Positions 1-7,404 of a stretch of DNA of 27,098 nucleotides are shown piece by piece. The first letter of the stretch is position 1. Each line of letters begins with the position of its first letter. The notes beneath the pieces are model-generated. The model was not told the origin of the DNA. It made no database searches and saw nothing but the letters and a program-made list of their open reading frames with translations. This DNA comes from a virus (lineage: Duplodnaviria; Caudoviricetes). The translations under genes and the position numbers were made by a program. The stretch covers positions 1-27,098 of the IMG/VR virus record IMGVR_UViG_3300010376_000704; one strand, given 5' to 3'.

Positions 1-231
1 GACGAGGTTTTCTATGCCGGCGCGCTGGGATGGATTGCGCGCGACCAGTGGCATCCGAAGCGCTGCGATGCCTACCAGAGCACAGTGAACGAAGACCTGC
101 TGATAGATCTGAAGGGAATCAGCTTCAAGCGTTCGCACATGCACACCGACACCGGAATCCTGTGCATGAACCTACAACACCACCTGGACGAAGTACGGCA
201 GAAGGAGCAACACCGTGGCGAAGAAAGCTAA
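1..231 (+). CDS. terL: Terminase large subunit, C-terminal end (5'-partial)
   Basis: Frame 1 is open from base 1 to TAA 229-231. It begins DEVFYAGALGWIARDQW, resembling the final [H]DDxxxAxALA motif of TerL RNase H domains, and lies upstream of the portal. Not in the ORF track. Confidence 0.65.
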   Translation, partial: DEVFYAGALGWIARDQWHPKRCDAYQSTVNEDLLIDLKGISFKRSHMHTDTGILCMNLQHHLDEVRQKEQHRGEES

Positions 232-1087
232 CAGAGCAGCAGCGGCAGAAGCGCCGGAAGAGACGACAGCACAGCATGACAACAGTGTGGAAGTTCAGCA
301 GGACGACAATACAGCAGCGCAGCCTGCTGACAGTTCGATTGCTGAAAACACGGAGACGCCGGCGCGAAAACGGCGAAGAATGCCGGAAAAACTGCCGCCG
401 ATTGAACTTGACCCGTCATTCGTGCATCGACCGGAACGAATGCAATACGCGCTCTTGCTGGCATTGCTGTTACGACAGCATGGGACGGCGCGTTTCTCGG
501 CAAAAGATATGGAGCATGTTGACACCGACTACAACATCCTGTTCGCACGAACGCTGGACGGACAACATCTGGAAGTGACGGTCGTAAGCGCGGAGAGCGG
601 CATTATCCGGTCGCCGGAGAAACAGAAGCAAGAGGAGCAATGGCATACAAAGGAAGAAGAAAAAACGTCAGTCTATCAGCCCTTGACTTTCCACCCCTCA
701 TCCGACGACAACCCCGCAGCAGTGTTCTACCGCCTACACGGAATGGGAATGGACAAGACAACTGGAGCGGCACAAGTAACTCCAGGAGAAATGACAGCGC
801 TGACGCCGGAACGATTGGCGGGATTGCAGCAGCAGAAAGCGGCGCAGGATTTAGCGGCGTCACAGCAGAGCCACCAGCCGCAAGTAGTCCAGTTCCCGCC
901 GAGCGACCCGCGAAAGCCGACGGACGGAAGCGCACCCTACGCTTTCCCGTTCCAGGTGGGCGACCGGCCGGAGACGAGCGAAAAACTGAATCTGGCGACG
1001 ATGCAGGCGCAACTGATGCAGAAGGACAGCCAGATAGCGGCGGAGGAACAAGCGGCGATAGAGAGACTAGAGCAGGGTCTGTCATAG
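215..1087 (+). CDS. Hypothetical protein (low-complexity termini, small central globular domain)
   Basis: 290-aa ORF, GTG start with AAGGAG RBS, overlaps the terL stop. Confidence 0.8.
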   Translation: MAKKANRAAAAEAPEETTAQHDNSVEVQQDDNTAAQPADSSIAENTETPARKRRRMPEKLPPIELDPSFVHRPERMQYALLLALLLRQHGTARFSAKDMEHVDTDYNILFARTLDGQHLEVTVVSAESGIIRSPEKQKQEEQWHTKEEEKTSVYQPLTFHPSSDDNPAAVFYRLHGMGMDKTTGAAQVTPGEMTALTPERLAGLQQQKAAQDLAASQQSHQPQVVQFPPSDPRKPTDGSAPYAFPFQVGDRPETSEKLNLATMQAQLMQKDSQIAAEEQAAIERLEQGLS

Positions 1088-1425
1088 CGCCGGCAAAGGC
1101 ACCGACGGCGCGCGAATTACAGGAGCAGACCAGGCGCGAGCAGGCGGCAGAGGCAGGGACACTGCTGAGTGAGATTTTCGGGACGTTCAGAGAGGCGAGA
1201 CAGAAAGGTTCACAAGCCGGATTTGAAGCGTTGCAGGACAAGATTGCGGAACATGCCGGCGAACTGATTCGGCTGCAACTGGCTGGGATGAAAGAGTTGA
1301 TTGACATGCTGATGAAACTGGACGACACAGCGAAAGACGATGCCGAAAAAGACAAATCGAACGAAGCGGCATTTCAACAATTTTTGCGCCGGTCCGACGA
1401 AGGCGCAGAGGACATACCGCAGTGA
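1084..1425 (+). CDS. Hypothetical helical protein; start uncertain (possibly ATA 1084)
   Basis: The 3' part of ORF 640..1425 reads as a coherent helical protein (ARELQEQTRREQAAEAG...) that fills the gap before the portal. The first canonical in-frame starts after 1084 are TTG 1231 and ATG 1288. Confidence 0.6.
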   Translation: MAPAKAPTARELQEQTRREQAAEAGTLLSEIFGTFREARQKGSQAGFEALQDKIAEHAGELIRLQLAGMKELIDMLMKLDDTAKDDAEKDKSNEAAFQQFLRRSDEGAEDIPQ

Positions 1426-1526
1426 TTGATTTAGATTTACGGCTTAAAAAACAATTCAACTAGCCGTGCACCAGCAAAATTAATTAGACAGAAGGGGGAA
1501 CGAGGCGATGGCGGAGACTTGACCCC

Positions 1527-3197
1527 ATGATAATTTTCTCGAACACGCAGCGCAAAGCGGCAAAAGAGCGCGACCCGCGGATTATCCACATTGACGAGTG
1601 GCAAAATCTGGCGGACCGCAAGCGTGAGGATGCGCTGGGAAACAACTTCTTCGATGAAGTGAAGACGTTTTTCAACCTGTCCGATAACCAGATGGCGCCG
1701 AGGTTCCGGCCAGCCGTTCGCATTCCTGAATTGCAGATGATCTGCATGAAAGAAGCGAACGATTTGAGCGAGTTTCAACCGCAGGCGTACATCTATAACG
1801 GTTCCACTGACAAGCGCGTAGAGAACCTGGAAAAAGCATTCAAAGCGCAGTGGACCCGCATGTTTATTCCCTATCATCTGCTGTTTGCTTTTGTAGCGAT
1901 GGAATTTATGGGGACAGGATTCCTGCACTTCGGGATAGATCCGTTCGCGCGCAACGGCAAAGGTCAGATGTGGACGAAATGGCGCGAGTCAAAAAGCGTA
2001 CACACCGACCCGAACGCCGACTATACCTGCAACTGGTCTTTTGTCATTGTGGATGACTGGCTGCACCTGGACGAAGTGAAGCGGCGCTTTCCGGAAAAAG
2101 CGAAATGGCTTCCAAAGTATTCGAGCAATGCGCCGGCTGATATTCGCAACGATGAGGGAACCAGCGGTTTTCGCCTGCCGGACGGACCGTGGAAGCAGAT
2201 GCCTCCATTCGTCGGACTTTCTTCGGCCGGGCGCGCCGGCGCGAGCCGACTGCGGACGACATATTGCCTTGACTACACAAGAGAATTAATTGGCGAACTG
2301 CCGACCGATCCGAACCTAGAGCCGCGTTACCGCTGGAAGTATCCGCGCGGTCGAGTGGTGATTGATTGTGAAGATGTGGTACTGGCAGACGGCCAGATGC
2401 CACTCAGAAAGAACCCCCTCATTCCGGTATGGGCGACTCCGCCTTTGTATGGCACATGGGCAGTGCCCCTGACGCGCTACAGCAGCTACCTGCAAGCGCT
2501 GGCAGAGAAGATGTACTCCCAGACGTTCGAGAACTTCTACAGGCTGAATAACGGCATCTGGCTTATACCGGAAAGCGCACAGATTGACCAGGGAAAATTC
2601 GGCGGCATTCCTGGCGAGAAGTCCACCTATCAGGGATCGACGCCACCGCAATTAGTCACACCTCCGTCATTTCCGGCGAGCGCGATTGACTTCCCAGAAC
2701 GACTCCTGCAAAAACAGCGTGATCTACATGGATTCACCCAGGCGCGGCAGGGTAATCCCGGCAGCGGAAACCTGTCAGCCGACCTGTTCGACGCCGCAGT
2801 ATTGCGAGGCCAGAGCATGACGCAGCTGCGCGGACGACTGGCGAGCATGGCTGTCCTGAATCTCACCGAGCTAATTGTTTACACGATGCTTGAATTCATG
2901 CCTACGCAAAAGATGGCTTACCGGGAAGGCTCGCAATTTGAAGTCGTCGATTACGAACAACCAAAAGAGGCGCTGGAAGAATTCGAGATGTTTTTAGATG
3001 ACGGATCATTCCACGTCAAGAGTCAGGCGGTCGTGGCGAAAATTGCCGAGGCGCTGATGACCAGGGGGCAAATCCCGGTCGGAACCGGGCTAGAGATGCT
3101 TGGCTACCCGGACGCAATGAAAGTCCAGCAGCAACAACTAGTCCAGCAAGGGCTGACAGCGGTAACAGCGGTCAGTGAAGGAAGGGGAAAGAAATGA
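1527..3197 (+). CDS. Portal protein (podovirus/P22-like)
   Basis: 556 aa, after terminase. Portal-like motifs GTGFLHFGID, VHTDPNA, NPLIPV..PPLYG, and a Q-rich C-terminus. GGAG RBS. Confidence 0.8.
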   Translation: MIIFSNTQRKAAKERDPRIIHIDEWQNLADRKREDALGNNFFDEVKTFFNLSDNQMAPRFRPAVRIPELQMICMKEANDLSEFQPQAYIYNGSTDKRVENLEKAFKAQWTRMFIPYHLLFAFVAMEFMGTGFLHFGIDPFARNGKGQMWTKWRESKSVHTDPNADYTCNWSFVIVDDWLHLDEVKRRFPEKAKWLPKYSSNAPADIRNDEGTSGFRLPDGPWKQMPPFVGLSSAGRAGASRLRTTYCLDYTRELIGELPTDPNLEPRYRWKYPRGRVVIDCEDVVLADGQMPLRKNPLIPVWATPPLYGTWAVPLTRYSSYLQALAEKMYSQTFENFYRLNNGIWLIPESAQIDQGKFGGIPGEKSTYQGSTPPQLVTPPSFPASAIDFPERLLQKQRDLHGFTQARQGNPGSGNLSADLFDAAVLRGQSMTQLRGRLASMAVLNLTELIVYTMLEFMPTQKMAYREGSQFEVVDYEQPKEALEEFEMFLDDGSFHVKSQAVVAKIAEALMTRGQIPVGTGLEMLGYPDAMKVQQQQLVQQGLTAVTAVSEGRGKK

Positions 3198-3220
3198 TGA
3201 CAGGATAGGAGTTACATGAC

Positions 3221-3538
3221 ATGACGAATAGCTGTGTACCTGTACTGCCAACCGGACAGCATGACGCACCGCCATCATTGCAACATGGCGTACTGCCATA
3301 TATTCGGCATGATGACATTTCATATATGCGTCATGGCTACGAGTATTTGACTGTCCGCGAAGCAGCAGCATTACTGCAAAAGCGCAAGAGCCGAATCTAT
3401 GCGATGGCGGACGAAGGTTTGTTGTCGGAGGTTGGATTTGATGTCTTGCGAACGAAGAAAGGCCGCGTCTGGATTGGCATACCCCGCTGCGGCCTGAAGC
3501 AGTTGAGATTTATTTCAAGTGACACAGGAGGTACCTAG
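3221..3538 (+). CDS. Excisionase/MerR-like winged-HTH DNA-binding protein
   Basis: YLTVREAAALLQKRKSRIYAMADEGLL matches the HTH_17-type pattern; AGGAG RBS upstream. Confidence 0.75.
   Translation: MTNSCVPVLPTGQHDAPPSLQHGVLPYIRHDDISYMRHGYEYLTVREAAALLQKRKSRIYAMADEGLLSEVGFDVLRTKKGRVWIGIPRCGLKQLRFISSDTGGT
3242..3337 (+). repeat. 4 x 24-bp degenerate tandem repeat (8-aa units ending HD/HG)
   Basis: gtactgccaaccggacagcatgac / gcaccgccatcattgcaacatggc / gtactgccatatattcggcatgat / gacatttcatatatgcgtcatggc. Confidence 0.6.
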
Positions 3539-3552
3539 CTAACTTTTTTCTT

Positions 3553-3581
3553 TTGCATCGGTGCTGCCTAAAGTGTAGCCT
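3553..3581 (+). promoter_or_regulatory. Putative sigma70 promoter for the replication genes
   Basis: TTGCAT-17 nt-TAGCCT, preceded by a T-rich tract. Confidence 0.45.
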
Positions 3582-3587
3582 ACTGGA

Positions 3588-3868
3588 CAGTCCGACTTGC
3601 AATCGGATCGTTTCACGCTCACCTCTGCGTGCTTCTATCTCTCTCCTATTCCCTTTCGGAGATGCTTTAACCGGCTTTTCCGAAGGGGGGCAGGATTCGG
3701 AAAGAAAAACCACTAGGCCGCGTCGAGACAAAAAGAGAGAAGAGGTAACAGGGGCGTGAACTCTATTCCGATTCATCCTCTGAAACATTGACGATTTGAC
3801 GGTCTGAGATCCACTCGTAGACCGAACGCTTGAGGATGTGCCTGAGCACATCCAGAGGGGAGTTATGT
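3588..3868 (+). ncRNA. Putative structured 5' leader or ncRNA upstream of the initiator
   Basis: Pairings: 3591-3595/3603-3607; 3612-3626/3741-3760; 3651-3660/3679-3687; 3800-3805/3819-3824; 3834-3841/3846-3853 (next to the RBS). Confidence 0.4.
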
Positions 3869-4897
3869 ATGGCAAATAACGATCACAATTTCCTTTCCTG
3901 TTTTGACCGACCGATCGCGTTCCACAGGTCGTTTGTGAATATTACAGGCAGCATCACAGCCGCCCTCATGCTCTCGCAGTTAGTTTACTGGACATTACGG
4001 ACGGCCGAGGATGAATGGATTTTCAAGACGCGGGAGCAGTGGTTCGATGAGATTGGCCTATCGCGTTACGAGCAGGAGACCGCGCGCAAAGTGCTGCGGA
4101 AATGCGGATTGATCGAAGAAAAGCTCATGAAAGCGCCAGCAAAGATGCACTTTCGCTTAAAGATTCAGGCCCTCAAAGCTGGCCTGTTGGGGGGAAAAAC
4201 CCCAACTGATCCAGTTGGGGGGAAACCAGCCAACTGGTTGGGGGGAAAACCCCCAACTAATATAAGGAAGACTACGGTAGAGACTACATATAAAACCAAT
4301 ACCAAAACCGCGCGTGCGCGCGAGACCAAACCACCAAAGCCGAACGGTCATGGAGTGCTCGCACACGCAGCGGCAATCGGAAATGAATTTGTTCAGGATT
4401 TTGATTTTGCGCCTGGACAGGTATCACAGGCGATTATTCAAACCTGCGAAAATCAACTCCGCGAAGGCCTATCCAGCGAAGCCCTAGCAAAAGAACTTCG
4501 CTTGCGCTGGCGAAGATTCAAAGCAATCCGGCACAAGTGGCCGCAGATCACGCCGGAAATGTTTTTCAGGAAACACTTCGACGACATCGCGTTTCTTGAA
4601 GATGGAGCTACGAGAAAACCAGAACCCGGACCAGTCGCACTGGCGTCTGCGAAACATACCGCGCCAGTCAAACTCGCAGCCAAGCGAGGTTTCTCCGGAC
4701 AGCGGCAATCCCTGAAGCCAAAACCGCCGCCGGATATTCGCGTGATGCCGGATGAATTCACAAACCCTACTGCGAGAGCGCTTGCGTTTCGCGCTCTCAA
4801 GGGTGATGCAAATTTCACGAGTGAAGAAATGGCAATCTGGAAGCGGGAATACGACGAAATAGCGGAGAAAAAATCGGCGGAGTATTACGCGAAATGA
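3869..4897 (+). CDS. Phage replication initiator (lambda O / replisome organizer-like)
   Basis: N-terminal DRPIAFHRSFVNITGSITAALMLSQLVYW...WIFKTREQWFDEIGLSRYEQETARKVL is a typical phage initiator wHTH. Has internal iterons and an ATGA overlap with the DnaC-like gene. ATG 3869 follows a GAGGGGAG RBS. Confidence 0.85.
   Translation: MANNDHNFLSCFDRPIAFHRSFVNITGSITAALMLSQLVYWTLRTAEDEWIFKTREQWFDEIGLSRYEQETARKVLRKCGLIEEKLMKAPAKMHFRLKIQALKAGLLGGKTPTDPVGGKPANWLGGKPPTNIRKTTVETTYKTNTKTARARETKPPKPNGHGVLAHAAAIGNEFVQDFDFAPGQVSQAIIQTCENQLREGLSSEALAKELRLRWRRFKAIRHKWPQITPEMFFRKHFDDIAFLEDGATRKPEPGPVALASAKHTAPVKLAAKRGFSGQRQSLKPKPPPDIRVMPDEFTNPTARALAFRALKGDANFTSEEMAIWKREYDEIAEKKSAEYYAK
4186..4258. repeat. Three 22-bp iterons, probable replication origin
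   Basis: GTTGGGGGGAAA-N-CCAACT at 4186-4207, 4214-4235 and 4237-4258, each partly palindromic, followed by an A-rich tract (about 4259-4310). Confidence 0.75.
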
Positions 4898-5652
4898 TTG
4901 ACTACACGCGCTATTGCGAAAACTGCGCTGATACGGCAGGTTTGGTTGCGGAAACCTCACCCACAGGTCAGCGCGTAGTTAGGCCATGCCCATGCAGAGC
5001 GTCGAAACTTCCCCAGCTTCGCTGGAATAAAGCCATGTGCGAAGTCGAGGCGTTGAAGGAACTTTCGTTTGAGAATCTCGATGCGAACGTCCCTGGCGCA
5101 GATGGAACGCTGGCTATTGCGAAAGGCGCAGCGATGAAATTTTGCGAACAGTGGCCGGTGGGATTGCAGGGCAAGGGGATGATTTTTACGGGAAACTGGG
5201 GGCGAGGCAAAACCCATTTGGCCGTTGCCATGCTCAGGTTTTTGATTTTCGAGCGCAACGTGAAGCGTGGCGCATACCTCAACGAGCGTAGGCTTTTCCA
5301 GACGATCAGAGAAAGCTACGACGACGAAGCGACTGCGCGCGAGGCCCAGATTTTAAACCCGGTTGTGAACGATTTAGAAATTCTGGCGCTCGATGAGTTG
5401 GGCACTGGCAATATGTCGGAATGGAAGCGCGACAAACTAGCAGATATCCTCGACACCCGCATCAACAAAGGCTTGACCACGATCATCACCACAAACTTTT
5501 CGATGAAGGAAACGGGCGACAATTCGCTAGGCGAACGCATTGGGCGTCTCTGCTACTCGCGCATTTGCATGATGTGTATTCACCATGCTGTGACCGGTGA
5601 CGACTTTCGCCAGGGAGACGGCAGGGCAACATCGGAAAAACTTTTGTACTGA
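4894..5652 (+). CDS. DnaC/IstB-like AAA+ helicase loader
   Basis: Zn ligands CENC...CPC, Walker A GNWGRGKT, Walker B ILALDELG, TIITTNF, YSRI, GDDFR. Confidence 0.92.
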   Translation: MIDYTRYCENCADTAGLVAETSPTGQRVVRPCPCRASKLPQLRWNKAMCEVEALKELSFENLDANVPGADGTLAIAKGAAMKFCEQWPVGLQGKGMIFTGNWGRGKTHLAVAMLRFLIFERNVKRGAYLNERRLFQTIRESYDDEATAREAQILNPVVNDLEILALDELGTGNMSEWKRDKLADILDTRINKGLTTIITTNFSMKETGDNSLGERIGRLCYSRICMMCIHHAVTGDDFRQGDGRATSEKLLY

Positions 5653-5666
5653 AAGAATTTCTAATT

Positions 5667-5697
5667 TTGGCTCGCAGTCTTCCAGCGACTTTTTGAC
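5667..5697 (+). promoter_or_regulatory. Conserved regulatory motif copy 1 plus -35 TTGAC
   Basis: ttggctcgcagtcttccagcgactttttgac; 28/31 identical to 6297-6327. Confidence 0.6.
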
Positions 5698-5736
5698 GCA
5701 TCCCACAAAGCGGGATTTCACTTGGAGGATTGCGAA

Positions 5737-6180
5737 ATGTCAGCGAATAAAAAAGCAGCGAAGAAACCGAGGGCAAAGGCGATGGACGGCGAGCGGCAGA
5801 ACCAGCAGCAGCAGCAGCAGGACAGCGAAGAAAACGAGCAGAGCCAGCAGGCGAACGGCGACGACCGCGAGCAGCAGGACTCCGCAGGAAAAGCGCCGGG
5901 AAACGGCGATGCTTCGCAGGCACAAAACGCACCTGCGCCACCGCCGCTGCCGTCCGTGTCCGGCAATCCGGCAGCGCCACAGGCGACGGTTGCCGGCGAA
6001 CTGGCATCGACAGAGCCGCTCGATCACGAGCAGGAATTTTTGCTGATTTTAGCCGCGATTATGTTTTCCAAGCCAACGCTTCACGCCTTGCCCGATGCCT
6101 ACCAGCACGCGAAAAACCTGGTAGCGATGGCGCAAGCCGATGCGCTGACTGCGAAGCAAAAAGGACTAGCGCCCTACTAG
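5737..6180 (+). CDS. Hypothetical protein (basic N-terminus, disordered Q/P-rich middle, helical C-terminus)
   Basis: ATG 5737 with GGAGG RBS; followed by hairpins and a terminator. Confidence 0.75.
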   Translation: MSANKKAAKKPRAKAMDGERQNQQQQQQDSEENEQSQQANGDDREQQDSAGKAPGNGDASQAQNAPAPPPLPSVSGNPAAPQATVAGELASTEPLDHEQEFLLILAAIMFSKPTLHALPDAYQHAKNLVAMAQADALTAKQKGLAPY

Positions 6181-6264
6181 TCTTCAGGGCACCAACGAGC
6201 TTTCGCCCGATCCCCAAAAAGGCGAAGGAACTTTGCAGGGTTTACAATCGCCAACCCTGCAATC

Positions 6265-6298
6265 AGCGCCGCAGTTGGCAACTGCGGCGCTTTTTATT
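6265..6298 (+). terminator. Rho-independent terminator
   Basis: 12-bp stem agcgccgcagtt/aactgcggcgct followed by ttttatt. Confidence 0.8.
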
Positions 6299-6327
6299 GG
6301 CTCGCACCTTTCCAGCGACTTTTTGAC
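6297..6327 (+). promoter_or_regulatory. Conserved regulatory motif copy 2 plus -35 TTGAC
   Basis: ttggctcgcacctttccagcgactttttgac; TTGACC-17-TTCACT-6-ATG(6358). Confidence 0.6.
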
Positions 6328-6357
6328 CCAGGCTTTTTTCAGAGATTCACTTGACGA

Positions 6358-6621
6358 ATGAGCGCTCTTGCAGGAGTGTCCGGGCTGGAGATGGTTCGCT
6401 ACCGCGAGCATGGCGCGCAAGCTGTGACGGTACAACTGGCGCTCAACGAACATCTCGCAGTCCCGATGACGGTAGAGCGCGAAGTGTTCTGGGGATTCGA
6501 CGAGCCGGAAAGACACAAGTGGCTTGCCAGGTGCGCGAGAACCCTGCTCGATGTTTACGGCGATGCGCGGGACGGATGCGTACTCACCGACTACGAAGTC
6601 CAGCAAAGGGCAGCAGCCTGA
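6358..6621 (+). CDS. Hypothetical protein
   Basis: 87-aa globular-looking ORF with no SD; probably leaderless. Confidence 0.65.
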   Translation: MSALAGVSGLEMVRYREHGAQAVTVQLALNEHLAVPMTVEREVFWGFDEPERHKWLARCARTLLDVYGDARDGCVLTDYEVQQRAAA

Positions 6622-6645
6622 AGCCGGGCAGAGAGGAGGTTGTCT

Positions 6646-6702
6646 ATGACACGTAGATCAACTCGCCGGCGCGCACGTCGGAGAGCACGTAAGGCGGTCT
6701 AG
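6646..6702 (+). CDS. 18-aa arginine-rich (protamine-like) peptide MTRRSTRRRARRRARKAV
   Basis: Strong GAGGAGG RBS about 7 nt upstream; 9 Arg + 1 Lys; fills the intergenic gap. Confidence 0.6.
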   Translation: MTRRSTRRRARRRARKAV

Positions 6703-6739
6703 GTCAATCAGGACTGGTACAGGGGATTTCCAGCAATAA

Positions 6740-6770
6740 CGCAGAGAGCAGACCGTCACTGCTCTCTGCG
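6740..6770. other. Perfect 12-bp stem-loop
   Basis: cgcagagagcag-accgtca-ctgctctctgcg; no U-tract on the + strand. Confidence 0.6.
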
Positions 6771-6792
6771 AAAAAACGAAGGGAGCAACACG

Positions 6793-6966
6793 ATGGCACT
6801 CGACAGACTTGGACCGGGATTCGACAAAGAGGAACTGGCTTCGCCGCTCTACGTCGGACCGAGCAAAGGGCAGGAAGGCTGGACGCCGGCGAATCCGGAG
6901 ATTCCAGAAACAAGCGACCCGCTGGGCTACATTCCAGCCGATCAACCGAAGCGCGACAGGTACTAA
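6793..6966 (+). CDS. Small hypothetical protein (57 aa, MALDRLGPGFDKEELASPLYVG...)
   Basis: AAGGGAG RBS; stop lies 5 nt before the next ATG. Not in the ORF track. Confidence 0.7.
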   Translation: MALDRLGPGFDKEELASPLYVGPSKGQEGWTPANPEIPETSDPLGYIPADQPKRDRY

Positions 6967-6971
6967 GCAAA

Positions 6972-7400
6972 ATGGCTTCGCCCGTACAAGCCGCGAACGC
7001 GCAAAACATTTTGCAGATGTTGGCCGGCGCTGGCGGACCAACGAGCGGCGCCGCGCCAGCGGGAACCCCTTCTCCGCAGGCGCAGGCGCTCGCAGCCGCT
7101 ACGCAGCAACTTGACGGGGCAAACCCGCAAGGCATGGTGACGATGTTGCGGCAGATCAACGATGCGCTGGCGCAGGGCTACCTGATGGCGGCGATGCGGA
7201 TTCCCGATATGGCCGAGGACATCTCGAAGGCGCGCGCCAGCATTGAACGCGCGATCAAAAAAGCACAGACCGCAGCGCAGGTTGTACAGCAGGTTCAACC
7301 GATCATGAATTCGGCCGGCATCGGTCCGATACCGAGCGCAAGCGCAGGCGGAGGCCCGGACATCGGCGCACTACTCGCAGCAGGCGCACCAGGAGCGTAG
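6972..7400 (+). CDS. Hypothetical head-module protein (A/Q/P/G-rich)
   Basis: 142 aa, directly upstream of the scaffold. Confidence 0.8.
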   Translation: MASPVQAANAQNILQMLAGAGGPTSGAAPAGTPSPQAQALAAATQQLDGANPQGMVTMLRQINDALAQGYLMAAMRIPDMAEDISKARASIERAIKKAQTAAQVVQQVQPIMNSAGIGPIPSASAGGGPDIGALLAAGAPGA

Positions 7401-7404
7401 ACAC

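Noticed and set aside
30-578. 182-aa + strand ORF
   Set aside because: Alternative frame overlapping the terL end and gene 215; R/S/T-rich shadow composition.
640-1083. N-terminal part of ORF 640..1425
   Set aside because: Overlaps the better-supported gene 215..1087 and reads as off-frame G/R/A sequence; only the part from about 1084 is kept.
4186-4258. Mini-CRISPR array
   Set aside because: Spacers are only 1-6 nt, the repeats are inside a coding region, and no cas genes are present; iterons fit better.
5803-5820. (CAG)6 tract as a phase-variation element
   Set aside because: In-frame polyQ in a disordered region; length change would not switch expression.
5597-6046. 149-aa R/S-rich ORF
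   Set aside because: Off-frame shadow of gene 5737..6180, which has a GGAGG RBS.
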